This document shows, one piece after another, positions 32,096-45,435 of a DNA stretch of 64,000 nucleotides (the first letter of the stretch is position 1; the number at the start of each line of letters is the position of its first letter). The notes beneath the pieces are model-generated. The model was not told the origin of the DNA and searched no databases. It saw only the letters and a program-made list of their open reading frames with translations. The position numbers and the translations under genes are program-made. The stretch is from Candidatus Bathyarchaeota archaeon (lineage in GTDB: Archaea; Thermoproteota; Bathyarchaeia; Bathyarchaeales; Bathycorpusculaceae). The stretch is taken from positions 1,280,001 through 1,344,000 of the forward strand of contig CAWFFH010000003.1 in the NCBI GenBank assembly GCA_963815095.1, written 5' to 3'.

Positions 32096-33295
32096 ATGAG
32101 AATTTTATTTGTTCTTGGCTTTCCAAATCCTTATGTTGGAGCAGCTTGGACTCGAATTGGCTTGTTTGCAAACGCTTGGAGCCAAGCTGGACATGATGTT
32201 ACAATCTTGGGTGTTTTTACTCCTAACACTTTTCAAAAAAAGGGTGCCTCGAGAGTTGGCAACGTAAACATTTTTAATATTATCTTCAACCTAAGTTTAT
32301 CATCTCCATTTGTTTTTGCATTAAATAGCCTTTTTTCCTTTATAATTTCAATACTTTTTCTTTCAATTAAAAGACCTGATATTGCAATTGTCTCTTTACC
32401 TACAGGTGATGTTGGTTTAGGCGCTTTGGTTGCTTGCAGATTAACTAATGTCGAGTACGTAATTGATTATAGAGACGAATGGGAAGATTATTACATAAGT
32501 CTAAGCAAATCTAATGCGAAAAAATATTTTTATTCTGTTGTCAAAGATATCGCTGCGGCTCTTTATTCTAAGGCACATATAACCGCGGTTGTAACTTCGC
32601 GTTTTCTAGGAAATTTAGCTTGTCGTAGAGTAAGTAATCTAAAAATGATACCTAACGGTGCAGATTTAAAAGTTTTTTATCCGCGTGATAAAAGTGAGAT
32701 AAGGAAGAAGCTAAAGTTAGCTGCAAATGACTTTATAGTTGTATATAATGGACTTATCGGCGGATATTACGACTTGAACATTATCGTAAATTCTATTGGG
32801 CAATTGAAGTTTTCAATTGAAAATATTAGATTTCTTATTGTCGGTGGGGGTCCTGATGTTCAAGCTGTACTTTCACTAGCTCAGAAGCTTGGTTTACAAG
32901 ATACAGTTATTTATTTAGGAATACAAAAAGATCCTAATCGAATTGCTGAAATCTTGAGCGCTGCGGATATTGGCATAATACCGGGCTCATATTCTAAAGG
33001 GCAGCTCTCTGTGAAATTTTATGAATATTGTGCATGTGGTCTTCCAGTTATAGCAATTGTTCCTGAGGATTCATTACTTGCGAGTATTATAAATGGGCAA
33101 AACTTGGGCTCAACAATATCATCTGCTAATGAAAATAAGCTATCACAAGTTATTTATCAATTTTATATAAACCCTCTATTTAGAAAAGCTGCTGGGAACA
33201 TGGGTATACAGTTTATTGAAGAAAAATTTGATCGAAACAAAATTGCTGAAACATACCTCGATCTAATCAAAGATATGGAGATAAAATCTTCCTAA
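32096..33295 (+). CDS. Glycosyltransferase family 4 (WbuB-like)
   Basis: IDYRDEW, IPNGAD, IVGGGP, KFYEYCACGLPVI. Confidence 0.88.
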   Translation: MRILFVLGFPNPYVGAAWTRIGLFANAWSQAGHDVTILGVFTPNTFQKKGASRVGNVNIFNIIFNLSLSSPFVFALNSLFSFIISILFLSIKRPDIAIVSLPTGDVGLGALVACRLTNVEYVIDYRDEWEDYYISLSKSNAKKYFYSVVKDIAAALYSKAHITAVVTSRFLGNLACRRVSNLKMIPNGADLKVFYPRDKSEIRKKLKLAANDFIVVYNGLIGGYYDLNIIVNSIGQLKFSIENIRFLIVGGGPDVQAVLSLAQKLGLQDTVIYLGIQKDPNRIAEILSAADIGIIPGSYSKGQLSVKFYEYCACGLPVIAIVPEDSLLASIINGQNLGSTISSANENKLSQVIYQFYINPLFRKAAGNMGIQFIEEKFDRNKIAETYLDLIKDMEIKSS

Positions 33296-36200
33296 CAAAT
33301 AATTCTTTTAAAGTTTTAATTGTAATAGTTTTATCAACACTGTTCTCTTCTCTAACACTTTGGTTGCTCGATTCATGGGTAAAATATCCACTATTTGTAT
33401 TTGAAATATTTTCAATTATAATTATTTTTTTAATTGTGAGCAACTACAATATTAATCTAAAAATAGTTCATATTAAAATCTTGAGTTTCAAAAATGTTGA
33501 TCTGTTATCTGATGGCTTGCTTGTACTATTATCCATAAGTTTACTGTTGTTGAATATAATAGGCCTCGCGATGTGGATTGTTGCAGCTTATTATTGCGCT
33601 TCTTGTCACTTCCATTCTTCCTGGATATGCACTTTTAAACATTAGTTTAGATCGTTATTATTCTAGGTTTGAGATCCTCGTTTTTTCCTTTGTTCTTAGT
33701 TTTGTTTTTACAGGGATTTTGACTCTCGTTTTTCTATTTGTAAATGGTAATTTCCGATTATATTGCATTATGAGTGCGTTCATTATTTTAGGGTTAATTT
33801 CTTTGATAAAACGCCGAAAAAACTGATTCTTGTACGCATTAAACCTCGGTCATTTACTAAAAATATCGATTTCATTGCTATAGTGCTGGCAATAGCATTC
33901 TTCGCGCTTTCTTTCTATTTCCTGTATCCTGGTTTTCACTTGCCCCCGGAACAGACATATCCCGGAATTATGCGACAAGCGTACGTTTATGGAACACGCC
34001 TAATCTATACGGTGGCTCTGCAGAAGTACTTTATAATCTTCACGAATCCCTGTTCGTTGTTCTTTCAAATCAATCATGGGTATCCGTTCAAATGACTTTA
34101 CTCACTTTGAATTTTATGTTACCACTGGCTTTTTATATATTGGCGAAGGCATTTCTTCGAAAAAATTGATACCCGCTTGCCTCTTTAGCTACATATTTTG
34201 GGTTTTGTTTACCAATGGCTTTGGAGGCTTTTCTTGGCTTTATTTAGTATATTTAAAACTGTCCTCTCCCTTACAAGGTCAGTTGCAGCTTTTAATTCTC
34301 ACAGCGGACAAAACGTATAACGGAACTACATATGGTATTTTGGGGTTATGGTATATTGCTGGTACTGTCTCTTTTGTGGTATTGATGACAGCGATTTTTC
34401 TATTAACTAAAAAGGAAATATCGGCATCTAAATATGTAATTCTATTTTCTATTACGATAGCTATGTTATATCTCACACACATAGTTGAAGCCGTAGTATT
34501 CGGCTCATTTATAGCATTTTACGGTGATTGTTTCAAAAACTGTAAATATTAAAATCGACGCTGCATTAAAAGGAACTTTAATCGGTTTTGGGTTAGCATC
34601 ATATTGTTTACTTATATTTTATCCCAACTAAGTTCACATTTCACATTAACTTTGACATTATTAGCTTCCTTTGCATTGCCCATATTTTCTTTATTGTTTC
34701 ACTTATTATACGTCATTTGACATGAAAAATATGCTGGTTCTGCTTCGGAAAAAACTCTGATTAGTTTGCATGTTCCGAAATTATTAATATCGTTGGTATC
34801 AATATTTCCCTTTATCACAGCTTTACTATCTTGGTTCTCTTTTGTCGGTTCATTTAGTACATCACAAGTTGACAAAACCGGCGTGGTTCCATGGTTTATT
34901 TATCCACTGTTACTTGGAATTACTGGTCTCCTGTCAATGGTGAACATTATATTACATCGCCGAAAATGGAGGACATTATAAATCACTTAAGTTTTTTGTA
35001 GGATTTTTGGTATTTGTTTTTATTGTTGGAACTTTCATTTCAATATGTAATATTTACTTTTTTTACTGTAGACTATTATGAAAAACGATTCGTATGGTTA
35101 TTGAAATTACCGTTGGCTTCTCTAGCGCCAATTCCAATTCTGTTATTAGTTGATAAGTTGAAAAATAGTGTCTCTGTATGAACCTCAAGAAAACTGCTCG
35201 CAATTATCTTAATAGGAACTATTTGCCTTTATGGGGTTTCCACAACATTCCTCAACTTGGAATACTGGCAATATTGAAACGAGAAACTCTGCGAATATTC
35301 TTCTTCAGCGGAACTGAGTGCCATAAATTCTTTCAAAGACATATTGAATAACGATCCTCTGTGCGTGGTCTGCCACGGTTACGAGTACCTCCGAATCCAT
35401 GACGACGTTTGCACTGCGCCTGATGACACGCTACTGCTGAGACAACTCCTCTATGTCTGATACACCCGAAATGGTTTTAATGCAACTCTATAGAAACCCT
35501 ATTTTCAGTCATCCCTATATTTACCTTGATAGCCGTGATAATACGTTATCTGAATAGCTATTCTGATGAATTTTTATCTCAGTATTTGCTTCCAACGCTT
35601 CCTTACTGTGTTAGTAACTCTGAAGTGAAAATATACAATGTTTCGCAACTATCTTTCCCACAATCTACAAGCGGAAATGTGCTATTGGTTCCTTTTGATG
35701 ACTTAGTAGCCGAGACTCAAAACACTCTATTAGCATATTATGCATTATCATACGGTCACTCCGATTATACTGTTAAGTATGATACAGACCAAAACGCCTT
35801 ACGCTCTAATACGACGATACTTTCTTTTGACCCCCCTGAAGCTAACTCTATCACCAATGTTTTTCAGGACTGCATTTAATCAAACACTAGACTCGTGGAC
35901 TGTTAAGTGGAACTTGGCATGTTGATGACGAACAATTGCTAGGTGGCGAAATTAGTTCATATGATGAAGGATTAATCCTTTCACCATTAGCTATCGAAAA
36001 CTTCACAGCGACTGTTAATATTACGCCCTATAGATGGAGAACATCACAATGGCTAACTATGCACGATTTTGTTTATTCGTGGACTGACTCTAAAAACTAC
36101 AGAGTTGCAGATGTGTTTTTCAATAGTAATAGTTACATTTACCTTCTTTTTCGTGATATTGTTAGTGGTGTTGAATCTCACTCTCCACAATGGCCTGGAA

Positions 36201-37528
36201 TAGACACAGGAATGAAATGGGGCTTTAAAACTGAGTATACCGTAAAATTAACTGTCAACGGGGGATTAACCGAATTGTCTATAGACAATTCAACTCTTTC
36301 TATTTCAAATTTAAGAATATTTCAGGAAAACTTGGTTTAGGATATTACAGATTCTCAAGTATATCCTTTGATAATTTATCAGTCAGCTATTCTAACGTCG
36401 CTTAATTCGAGGTCTGATGTAACGATTACCTTGAATATTTTAATTCAGGCGGAAATCTGATAGTAATTAATACTGGTGGCGACGGATTATTTCGAAAGAT
36501 TTGTTCTCGGTTTCAAACACAACGGTACGGTGCAAAACATATAAAGGCTAACGGCAAAGAAAGCAAATTACCCCATGAGTTATCTGGTTCCTTTATTGAC
36601 TGTTAAAGATAGCAACACGAAAATCATAAGTCAATACTCAGGTTCTGAATACTGAAACTCCGTATATTGCCCAAAAAAATTATGAAAACGGCGGTATACT
36701 CATCTATGTCAACGCATACCCTATACTTAGCGAGATGTTAACTAGAAATAATGCAACAATCGGTTTTATTCATTATTAGGACATCTCTTGGATAACGTCA
36801 ATATTCAAAGCTGCCTTTAACAACGCCTTTACCAAGCCTTAACGGCTATGTAAAACAAATATCGCTTGAAAGTGATGCGCAAATTAAATCGACTTCAGTG
36901 ATTTTCCACCCGAAATTAACCTTAAACAGGTTGAAGTAACGTCAGACATCCAATAATACTACGTTCTATAATGTAACAAGTATTGGGCTCAGTGACTATT
37001 CAAACATAATTCATCAAATCTCACAACGCCCTATTACAGAAAGGAAAGGGACTCTACGCAGTAATTCAATTTAATTCGACTTTTTCAATGGAGCCCTCCA
37101 AAGGTACACTCAACCTAACAATCACAACCGATAACGGAACTTACAACCTGAACAACGTTGCTGCGCTATCGTCATTTCACCTAGTAGCAATCTGCAACTA
37201 ATGTTAACAGGCCAACGGTAAGCTCCTCAGAGGTTACTTTTTTTGAGTTTTACTTGCAAAATTATCCGAAATTAACAATAACAAATAAATGGTCAAGATA
37301 TAAAAGTTAAGGGGCCTGACAACATTTTCAGTAATAATCTCTGATAACTACCAAGCAATTGGTAATTTAACACTTGGGCCATCTTTACAGTTTTCCTCGC
37401 AAACAAAATCATATGATCTTCTGACCACTCTGCCTACAGCTATATTCTGGTTTATTCTTCTCATACCTGTTTTCATAGTATTTTCTTTCATGTTTTCGCT
37501 CAAAAAATTAAGGATAAATAGTAAATGA
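33275..37528 (+). CDS. Very large multi-TM protein with extracellular beta-rich domain, broken into many ORF pieces
   Basis: Co-directional fragments (33364, 33578, 33763, 34076, 34766, 35526, 35936) show many TMs, LPGYA and LTHIVEA motifs, a lectin-like soluble part and a final TM near 37450; single-gene model is inferred. Confidence 0.5.
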
Positions 37529-39257
37529 GATTGTCCTCAAATGCGAAGATATCATTTATATGTCTTTTCGTTTTATCACTGTTCATTATTTCCGGTTACT
37601 CATCAGAAGCAAGTTACTATCAATCGTCGTCGATATGGAGTTTCCCGAACAATTGTTACCTGGATTTTAATCAGGCGATCAACTTCACCGACGTTCCCAG
37701 TCAAGGCATACCTTCTGATAACAACTTAGTTGGTTATTGGAACATGAACGAAGGCTCAGGAGCCGTTGCTTCAGACCTCGGTGGTAACAGTAACAACGGT
37801 GTAATAACTGGCACAACATGGATTGCCGGGAAATATGGCGAAGCCCTATCTTTCAATGGCAAAACTGACTATGTTAATTGTAGCGATAAGGCAGCTTTTG
37901 AATTTTCAGTAGAAGATAACTTCACTATCTCACTATGGTTTAAAACAACTTTTAATGGAAAATGGACTCCTACAGATCCTGTTGGTTTACAGGGAATAAT
38001 TACAAAGGGTTATGAGACTTCCATCAAGAAACACCTTGGTATTTGCTAGAGCAGGACGCATCAAGGGTGTGGTTTCAAGTTAGAACAACAACGCCAACTA
38101 CTACCACACTGACCCGCAACGGTGTTTGGAATGATGGAAATTGGCATAACATCGTTGCAGTAAAGACTTCATCGCAATTAATTTTATATGTGGATGGTGT
38201 GGCTTCTTCAATTAACCTTTATGAAGACGGAAAATTTGGCACTAATAATCATTCACTCATTATTGGTGACAGATACAACCGATATTTTAATGGTACTATC
38301 GATGATGTTCGAGTTTACAACCGCGCACTAAGCTCCAACGAAGTCACCGCCTTGTACAACCAGCCTGATCCTGTCTCCTAGCCAACTACTATAACTATCA
38401 AGACTCTGTCACTGGCAATACAGTGCTAATTCACGTGGATAGTCCTAACGCAAACAGCGACAACAACATTCTCGTCACTTGTACAAACTTCTTTGCAGAC
38501 AACAGATTGACTTTTCAAGCCAACAATAGCGCAACTGTGAATATGTGGACGAATCTTGGACAACCTACATTTATTACAAATGGGAGTTTGGAATAGCGAA
38601 AACTTCACTACAACTTTAACTCTTGATGCTTCTTCAACTGGCGAATTGGATTGGAACCGCAATCCGCCTTTTGCCTCAAACCTTTCGTATCCTCAGCTAT
38701 GCTGGGCAAAACTACCAATTTCTATACTCTTTGGAATGATGATCATAGTTTGTCTGGTGGCGGATATGTTTTTAGCACTAATAATTCTGGTCAGTGGGTT
38801 AATGCGTCTTGGGCGGCTTTCTCTTCTACTCCTTGCTGGGGCAATGCAACATTAACTTTAAACAACAAGGTTGGAGTTGTCGTTGGTTTTCGGGAGTACG
38901 CAAATAACTCTTTGAATGTTTGGGCAGATTCAGGCTTGTACACTATTACAACAACAGATGAATCTTCTGCACCTTCACCAACTGCTTCGCCAAGTTCCAC
39001 GCCAGCCGCAAGTCCAACACCAACTCCAGTCCAACCTCATACCCCAACTGCAAGTTCACTTCCTCACCAACGCCAACTCCCACTTTCCCCACCTACACAA
39101 ACCAACTTGTTCTCAACAGCAAACAATGGTGATACTGGCTTCAGTTGCCGCTGTACTGGTTGTTTTGTCTGCTGTGGCTTTCAAGAAAGGCTACATAAAC
39201 ATCAAGGTTGTCGATGAAGAAGAGAAGAGTCAAGAAGAAGATGACTACGTCATCTGA
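37525..39257 (+). CDS. Secreted LamG/concanavalin-A-like domain surface protein with Pro/Thr linker and C-terminal anchor, frameshifted
   Basis: LVGYWNMNEGSG, GKYGEALSFNG, DGNWHNIVAV, LYVDG, FNGTIDDVRVYNRALS; PSPTASP linker; TM followed by KKGYI...DDYVI. Confidence 0.85.
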
Positions 39258-39423
39258 AAATTCCAGAACATAATTTTTTTAAAAATCTTTTATTTTTTCT
39301 TTGTTTGTAACATTATTGCCTTTTCGGCTTTGCCTTTCTCTACAGACTGAATTTTAATCCCACACACACTTACTACGTTGAAGTTCAGGGTGGCATGCAA
39401 AAGCTACTGGTGTAGGCTAAAAA

Positions 39424-39875
39424 AATAATGTTTGTTTTCAATTTGTATACTCCGTTTAGAGTGTAGAATACATAAAGCATTGTTGAAAGCGAAATTAGAA
39501 CCCTATTTAGGGTTCTTCCACAGCATACAATATGGCAAACCCAGTTTAGTATGCGATTTCCAAGAACTTTATAGTTACTTGATTGATGATTTCCTTATTG
39601 AAAGATGTCAAAAACTCAGAAAGAAAGACTTTGTGCTTGTCATGGATTTTATGATGCACCTAAAAATGGGGAAGAAATTACATCTCAAGGAGTATGAAAC
39701 TGAAAGTTTAGCTGAGGATTTGAACGCTTTCTTTGACCGCATGGTTGACGTTGAAAGAATCAAAGTTGGAAAAAGACAAACCATTGACACCTTGATTATT
39801 GAAGAGGCATTGCTTTTCGCAAAATATCTCAGAAATGAAAGAACAGACTGGGCTTCAAGAACTCCAAATCTGTAA
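39424..39875 (+). pseudogene. cas1: C-terminal fragment of a solo, casposase-type Cas1; N-terminal half absent
   Basis: ECRIHKALLKAKLEPYLGFFHSIQYGKPSLVCDFQELY carries the Cas1 G-x-x-H and S-L-x-x-D-x-x-E motifs; tail RIKVGKRQTIDTLIIEEALLFAKYLR resembles thaumarchaeal casposon Cas1 (recalled, not searched); no cas2 or array nearby. Confidence 0.8.
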
Positions 39876-39906
39876 CTGGGTGGCAAAAGGACTAAAAAGT
39901 TCAAAA

Positions 39907-40138
39907 TTATGAGACTGTGAAGCTTGGTGATACGAAGTTTCCACCTGCGTTAGTTACCAAAGTTGCTGTATAAGTTCCTGCGGTCAAAGCTGTTATTGTT
40001 CCACTCGGAATTGTGTATAAAGTTCCCTGAACCATTGCACCGTTGGTGAGTGCTGGGCTGATTGTTCCGAGTGAGGCTGTCGTTACAGTGTTGCCTGTTG
40101 AATTTTTTATAATAAGGCTAATTGGATTTGCAGATAGT
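39907..40138 (-). pseudogene. 3' fragment of a probable archaeal type IV pilin-like protein
   Basis: Thr/Gly-rich beta segment ending GTYTATLVTNAGGNFVSPSFTVS; no class III signal peptide, because the reading is cut at the 29-bp repeat. Confidence 0.4.
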
Positions 40139-40646
<508 letters not shown>

Positions 40647-40827
40647 AAAATATTTAAGAAGTGGCATTTGATATCAGCGTTTGTGCAAATTAGAAAATTG
40701 TTATATGATTTTTGTTGTCTACCGTTTTACCAAAATAGCACACGCTTTCGTATGTTTGTTGAACAAGTATACGTTTCCCTCCCAAATTAATAAGCGTTAA
40801 ATATAGTGCTTTGGATACGACCCACCA

Positions 40828-41360
40828 GTGATCAACTTGAAGTCAAAACTATTAGTTACACTGACAGTGGTCCTAATCGCCAGCATCGTGCTATCATCCT
40901 ACGCAGCAATCGCATCAGCAAAACCAAAAGACAACAGTCCATCCCAAAAACAGTATGATAGCTTTACTTTAACAGCCGACCAGGCACAGCAAACAATGCC
41001 GCAGGCGAAACTGTAGCCGTCTCTTTGCAATCCAAGGCAACGCAAACGGAAAACTAAAAACCGTATTCCACCTCCGTACACAAGGCGGCGACGCAACCAT
41101 AGAAACCTTCGATGCATATCTCTGCCACAAAAGGCCAAGGTATTATAGTAAACAAATACAACTTCATACACCTTAACGTCATGATGAGTGCACAGTACTA
41201 CGGCGGAAGAAGCACTGTTTGGATCCTAAGAGGCACCACAGAAGACATAACCGACAACACCATGCCAGTATCTCTACAAGCGCCAAGAGTAGTTCTTCCA
41301 CTAAAGGACTACCCACAACTAACCGACCTAACATTAGACGGCACAATAAAATTCACATAA
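40828..41360 (+). CDS. Secreted hypothetical protein, frameshifted
   Basis: Signal peptide in 40828..41016 and continuation in 41112..41360; T-rich terminator follows. Confidence 0.55.
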
Positions 41361-41455
41361 ACAAACCCTTTTTTATTTTTTAAACCCAATTTTTAGTCAT
41401 AAATAACAGTACAAGTTATCCACCAACATTCGCAATAAAGCAAACTTTCCGTTAT

Positions 41456-43337
41456 TCAGACCAGCATATGCAAAGGCGCACCATCAACTGAACGCAAAGC
41501 ATAATTCGCCAACAAAAGCACAACCATAACGAATATAGCAATTTTACAAACCCAAGAGATTTTGCTATTCCTAAAACCTATTGCGCTCTCAAGTCTATTT
41601 AACATCCAAAACAGGCCAATTGCAGCAAATACCTGCAAAGGAACTACATACATTACACGATAGAACATATAGTTCTCCGCCGACACCACAAGCAAGACCA
41701 ATGAGGGAACCATAACCCAAAGAAACATCAACCTACTGAATCTATTGGCAAAAACTACCATAGAAAACATTCCTACAATAGCAAAAAACACTAACAAAGG
41801 ATTAGCAAAAAGACCACCAACCCAAGATTTAACCATCGTGTCTAACCCGCTTTGCAAAGTCAATAAGTTCGGAAAAGTAATGCTGCTTCCTGGCAAATCC
41901 TACCGCTCCCGAACTTACTCCTCGACCAAACGGCAAAACCGAATAAACCCCATACGCAACCAAATTCAAACCCAAAACAAAGCCCAATTGAAAAACATGC
42001 ACTTTTTCGTCTGTGCTGCGACCAAAATACAATCTGAGAATCGTCCACACCAAATAAGCACACAATACAGCTAATACAACATCCCACGTGTATGGATGAG
42101 TAAGAAGCAAAGCCACCCCAACTAAAGCAGCAGCAAACATGTAAGCCCACGAACGCTTCCCAGTACTTTTCAAAACTAACCCGAAAAGAAGGAATGCCTC
42201 AATCAGAGCTATCCAGTTCGAGACATGATACGCATAGAGACCAACAGTTGTCTGAAAACTAAAAACTGTAAACAGCCCTGAAGCCAGAGCCAAAGCATCG
42301 TTGTGCACACCAACTCTAACAAACCAAAACACAGCCAGACTAAGCCCAACACAACAAACAACCGGCATTACCTTAACAATAACCTCAGAAGACAACCCAA
42401 AGGTGATCTGAATAAAATACATCAACAAACTAGACAACGGCCTATCTTGCTGTAAGGCAATTGCTGGACCTTTTAGGCTCATGTCCTCCATCCACTTATA
42501 ATAAACTGCTGAATCAGAACCGACTAACGATGAAGCGGCAAGGTTGAAATAGGGATAACATGAAACAAAAATGGCAACTCCAACGATCGCAAGCAGGCTT
42601 AAAACTAATACTCTTCGGCTAAACTCTACAACCCTAAAACTATTCCCAACACTAACACGCTCACAGAAAAGCTTTAGCGATTTAACTTTTGCAAATACGC
42701 GTTTTCCTAAAGGAATCCAAGCCCAACTATAAAGCAAAGCAATAAACAACCAAGAGGTCCAACCGTAAAACACGTTAAATAAGTGCAAATCAACCAAGGC
42801 AAATCGCCACCGACCAACCTCGCTAAATGGAAAACTATAATCAAAAGCATTCCAAACCCATGTACCTAAAGAAGCCGCCTCGAAGAAAATGACTAAACCC
42901 ACTATACCAAGCAGAACAAAACTAACCCCTAAACCCCTTCGCACCATATAACCAAAACCAAAAAACACCAACAATCCCACAACAACAAAACCCAAAGGAA
43001 CACCCAACAAAACACCCCACCCAACATCCACTACTGAAACCAAACCAACCGCAAACGAAAACAAGGAAAACCAACTTAGCCAATGGGGCAAACTTTTACG
43101 CAAAAAACAAAGCGCAAAAACCCCCAAAATTATAACAATAAAAGAAACAATCCAAATAGCCAAATCAAGCGATTGCGAAAAAATAACAATGTTGACTACC
43201 TTTGCGGAATAAAAATCGTAAAACCTAACACCTAACAAATTAACAAACGCTATGAACCCAAAGAAAACATTAACTGATGAAGCTAAAGTTAGCAATAAAC
43301 AGTTAACCGATAAATCTTGACGCCAGATTAGCCCCAC
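41456..43337 (-). CDS. Multi-pass membrane protein (GT-C-like), paralog of 24535..26500, frameshift near 41870
   Basis: LVGSDSAVYY, DRPLS, FSFQTTVGLY, HPYTW; ORFs 41829..43337 and 41456..41896 tile one protein. Confidence 0.7.
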
Positions 43338-43422
43338 CTCATCCTGCTAAATAATAGCTTTAAAAAAAATGTTAAGGGTTTAGAATCAATCCGTTGAGAA
43401 GTTAGTTGTTGTAAGTCCTTCA

Positions 43423-43983
43423 TCAGGGATGAAAATCGTATGCACTGGAGATAATTTGGTTGCCTTCTATTTTCTCATAGGTAGAATAAATGTTCCATTC
43501 TGCTTTTGTTGCATCATTTAGTTCCGTAAGAGGTGCTGTTATTGTTAGTTTGTTGCCTTCTACTTGTAGTTGGGCAGGTTGTTGAGTTTTTGTTTGTACA
43601 TCTTGAACTAATGCAAAGGTGCCTGTAGAGTTGATGTCGACGCGTAACTCGTAGGTTTGTAGGACGTCTTCTTTGTTTTCAAGAATTACTATGATGTCGA
43701 ATTGTGCGGATTCTTGTTCTCCGAGAGCTGTAACTGGTTCCTTAACGTTTATAATCGTGTTTAGGGTGTTCTGGTTTTTCTCTATTGATGCGCTAACCAT
43801 GTCTACCATGCCTGGGTAGTCTGATCCAATGTTAACTTGCATATCATTTTGTGCTTCATTTGCCTGAGCATTGGGCGCTCCAATTAAGCCGGATAGGGCG
43901 ACTGCGGCTACTGAAACCAAAACAAGTGCTACTATGAGGGGTACTAGAAACTTGAACTTCCTATTATTCGAAAGCTTCGACAT
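43423..43983 (-). CDS. N-terminally anchored extracellular hypothetical protein
   Basis: Basic N-terminus plus hydrophobic helix, then an acidic beta-rich domain. Confidence 0.65.
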   Translation of the reverse strand: MSKLSNNRKFKFLVPLIVALVLVSVAAVALSGLIGAPNAQANEAQNDMQVNIGSDYPGMVDMVSASIEKNQNTLNTIINVKEPVTALGEQESAQFDIIVILENKEDVLQTYELRVDINSTGTFALVQDVQTKTQQPAQLQVEGNKLTITAPLTELNDATKAEWNIYSTYEKIEGNQIISSAYDFHP

Positions 43984-44162
43984 ATTCCAAAAAACATATC
44001 CAACTGTATTAAACCTTACGATTCAACACTTGAACCCCTTATTACACACTACAAGTAATTCGGTGCGGGAGAATAATTTTGCTTCATGGAACGCCGAATT
44101 TGATTGAAAATAATCTTTATATATGAAATATTATATCTTAATAAACAATGTCTGGGGCGTAA

Positions 44163-44537
44163 GTGAACATGAGTGACATCAAACTATCTTTTAAAGCACT
44201 GTTCTTAATCGGTGCACTCCTCTTACTTTTAGGGTTTATTCTCACATGGATTCCACAATCAGGAATCTCAGGGTTAAACCAACAACTAAGTCAAGCGACC
44301 CTAAATAGTGATAAAGCTAGCTTAGAACAGGTAATTTCAGCCGAAAATCTAAACTTAGTCACGTTCTATCAACCATTATCAAATATCTTACAAGCTGTAG
44401 GTGGAATAATGATTGCCTACTCAGTTTTATCTACAACTTTTAACATTGCAATGGAGAAACGCGCTAAAAAGATGATGACTTTCAGACTCACCAAAATTTG
44501 GTGCAAACACGCCCTAAATCAGGAATCTCAGGATTAA
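44163..44537 (+). CDS. Two-TM hypothetical membrane protein; 3' part duplicated and frameshifted
   Basis: Two hydrophobic helices around a helical linker; TATA-like TTTATATA at ~44116. Confidence 0.55.
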   Translation: MNMSDIKLSFKALFLIGALLLLLGFILTWIPQSGISGLNQQLSQATLNSDKASLEQVISAENLNLVTFYQPLSNILQAVGGIMIAYSVLSTTFNIAMEKRAKKMMTFRLTKIWCKHALNQESQD

Positions 44538-44771
44538 ACCAACAACTCAATCAAGCGACCGTAAACAGCAAAGACTAGGTTGAACAGTAATTTCAGCCGA
44601 AAATCTAAACTTATTCACGTTCTATCAACCTTTATCAAATATCCTACAAGCTGTTGGCGGAATAATGATTGCCTACTCAGTCTTATCAACAACTTTTAAC
44701 ATTGCAATGGAGAAACGCGCTAAAAAGATAACGCTTTCAGACTCACCAAAATTTGGTGCAAACAACCCCTA
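44257..44771 (+). repeat. ~260-bp imperfect tandem duplication (44257-44516 and 44517-44771)
   Basis: Both copies begin AATCAGGAATCTCAGG and end ...CTTTCAGACTCACCAAAATTTGGTGCAAACA. Confidence 0.92.
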
Positions 44772-45033
44772 TCCTAAAGTAGATGATTTAATCTTAGAGT
44801 ACAACTTGGAAGGAAAAACTTTGGAAAAACTTCAACATTAGAGGACTAATTCTTACTTATGGATAAAGTATTTTTGAGCAGTTAGAGGGTGAAGGTTAAT
44901 CGGGAAAGAAGAAGTGGCTTTTCCAAACTGAATCACTGATTCATAAAAGTTAACTTATTCGTAATCTTTCCTTATTCAAAGAAAACCTTGCATATGTAAT
45001 ATGCAAATCAAAACAGGCAGAGATTAAACAAAA

Positions 45034-45222
45034 ATGGCAACTAAAAAATCTACAGGTGAAATTCGGGCACTTCTAAGCAAAGCTGAGCTTGATTTTGAGT
45101 CAGTAGTGAATAGGGCGTTGAATGATTATCTTCCAAAATTATTTCATATCTGCCCATTTACAGAGGACGTATGTTCAACAAAGCAATGCTTAGAATGTGA
45201 AGTCTCCAAAAACTCTGTTTGA
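45034..45222 (+). CDS. Small protein with RHH-like helices and C-terminal Cys4 cluster
   Basis: FESVVNRALNDYL followed by CPFTEDVCSTKQCLEC. Confidence 0.55.
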   Translation: MATKKSTGEIRALLSKAELDFESVVNRALNDYLPKLFHICPFTEDVCSTKQCLECEVSKNSV

Positions 45223-45435
45223 CGGACTTTTCAGCCAGTTTAGCTCCTCTAAAAGTCATTTTTTTGTTGGCAATTTCTGCTAGTACGTTGCTTCTCTTAT
45301 GCCTAATCCGAACCGTGTTGCCGCTCTTAAGCTGTATTAATCTTCCATGGGCGGTACTCCAGTCTTCCACGGTTACTTCTCGGCGAATCGCGCTATAATT
45401 CCTGATCGAAAAATTAATGACCATCCCGAACAATA

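Noticed and set aside
28500-39000. Programmed frameshifting or phase variation in island genes
   Set aside because: Indels are too numerous and scattered; sequencing error is the simpler explanation until reads are checked.
44257-44771. DGR template/variable repeat pair
   Set aside because: Mismatches are not adenine-specific (T/C, C/G and G/T occur) and no reverse transcriptase is in the window.
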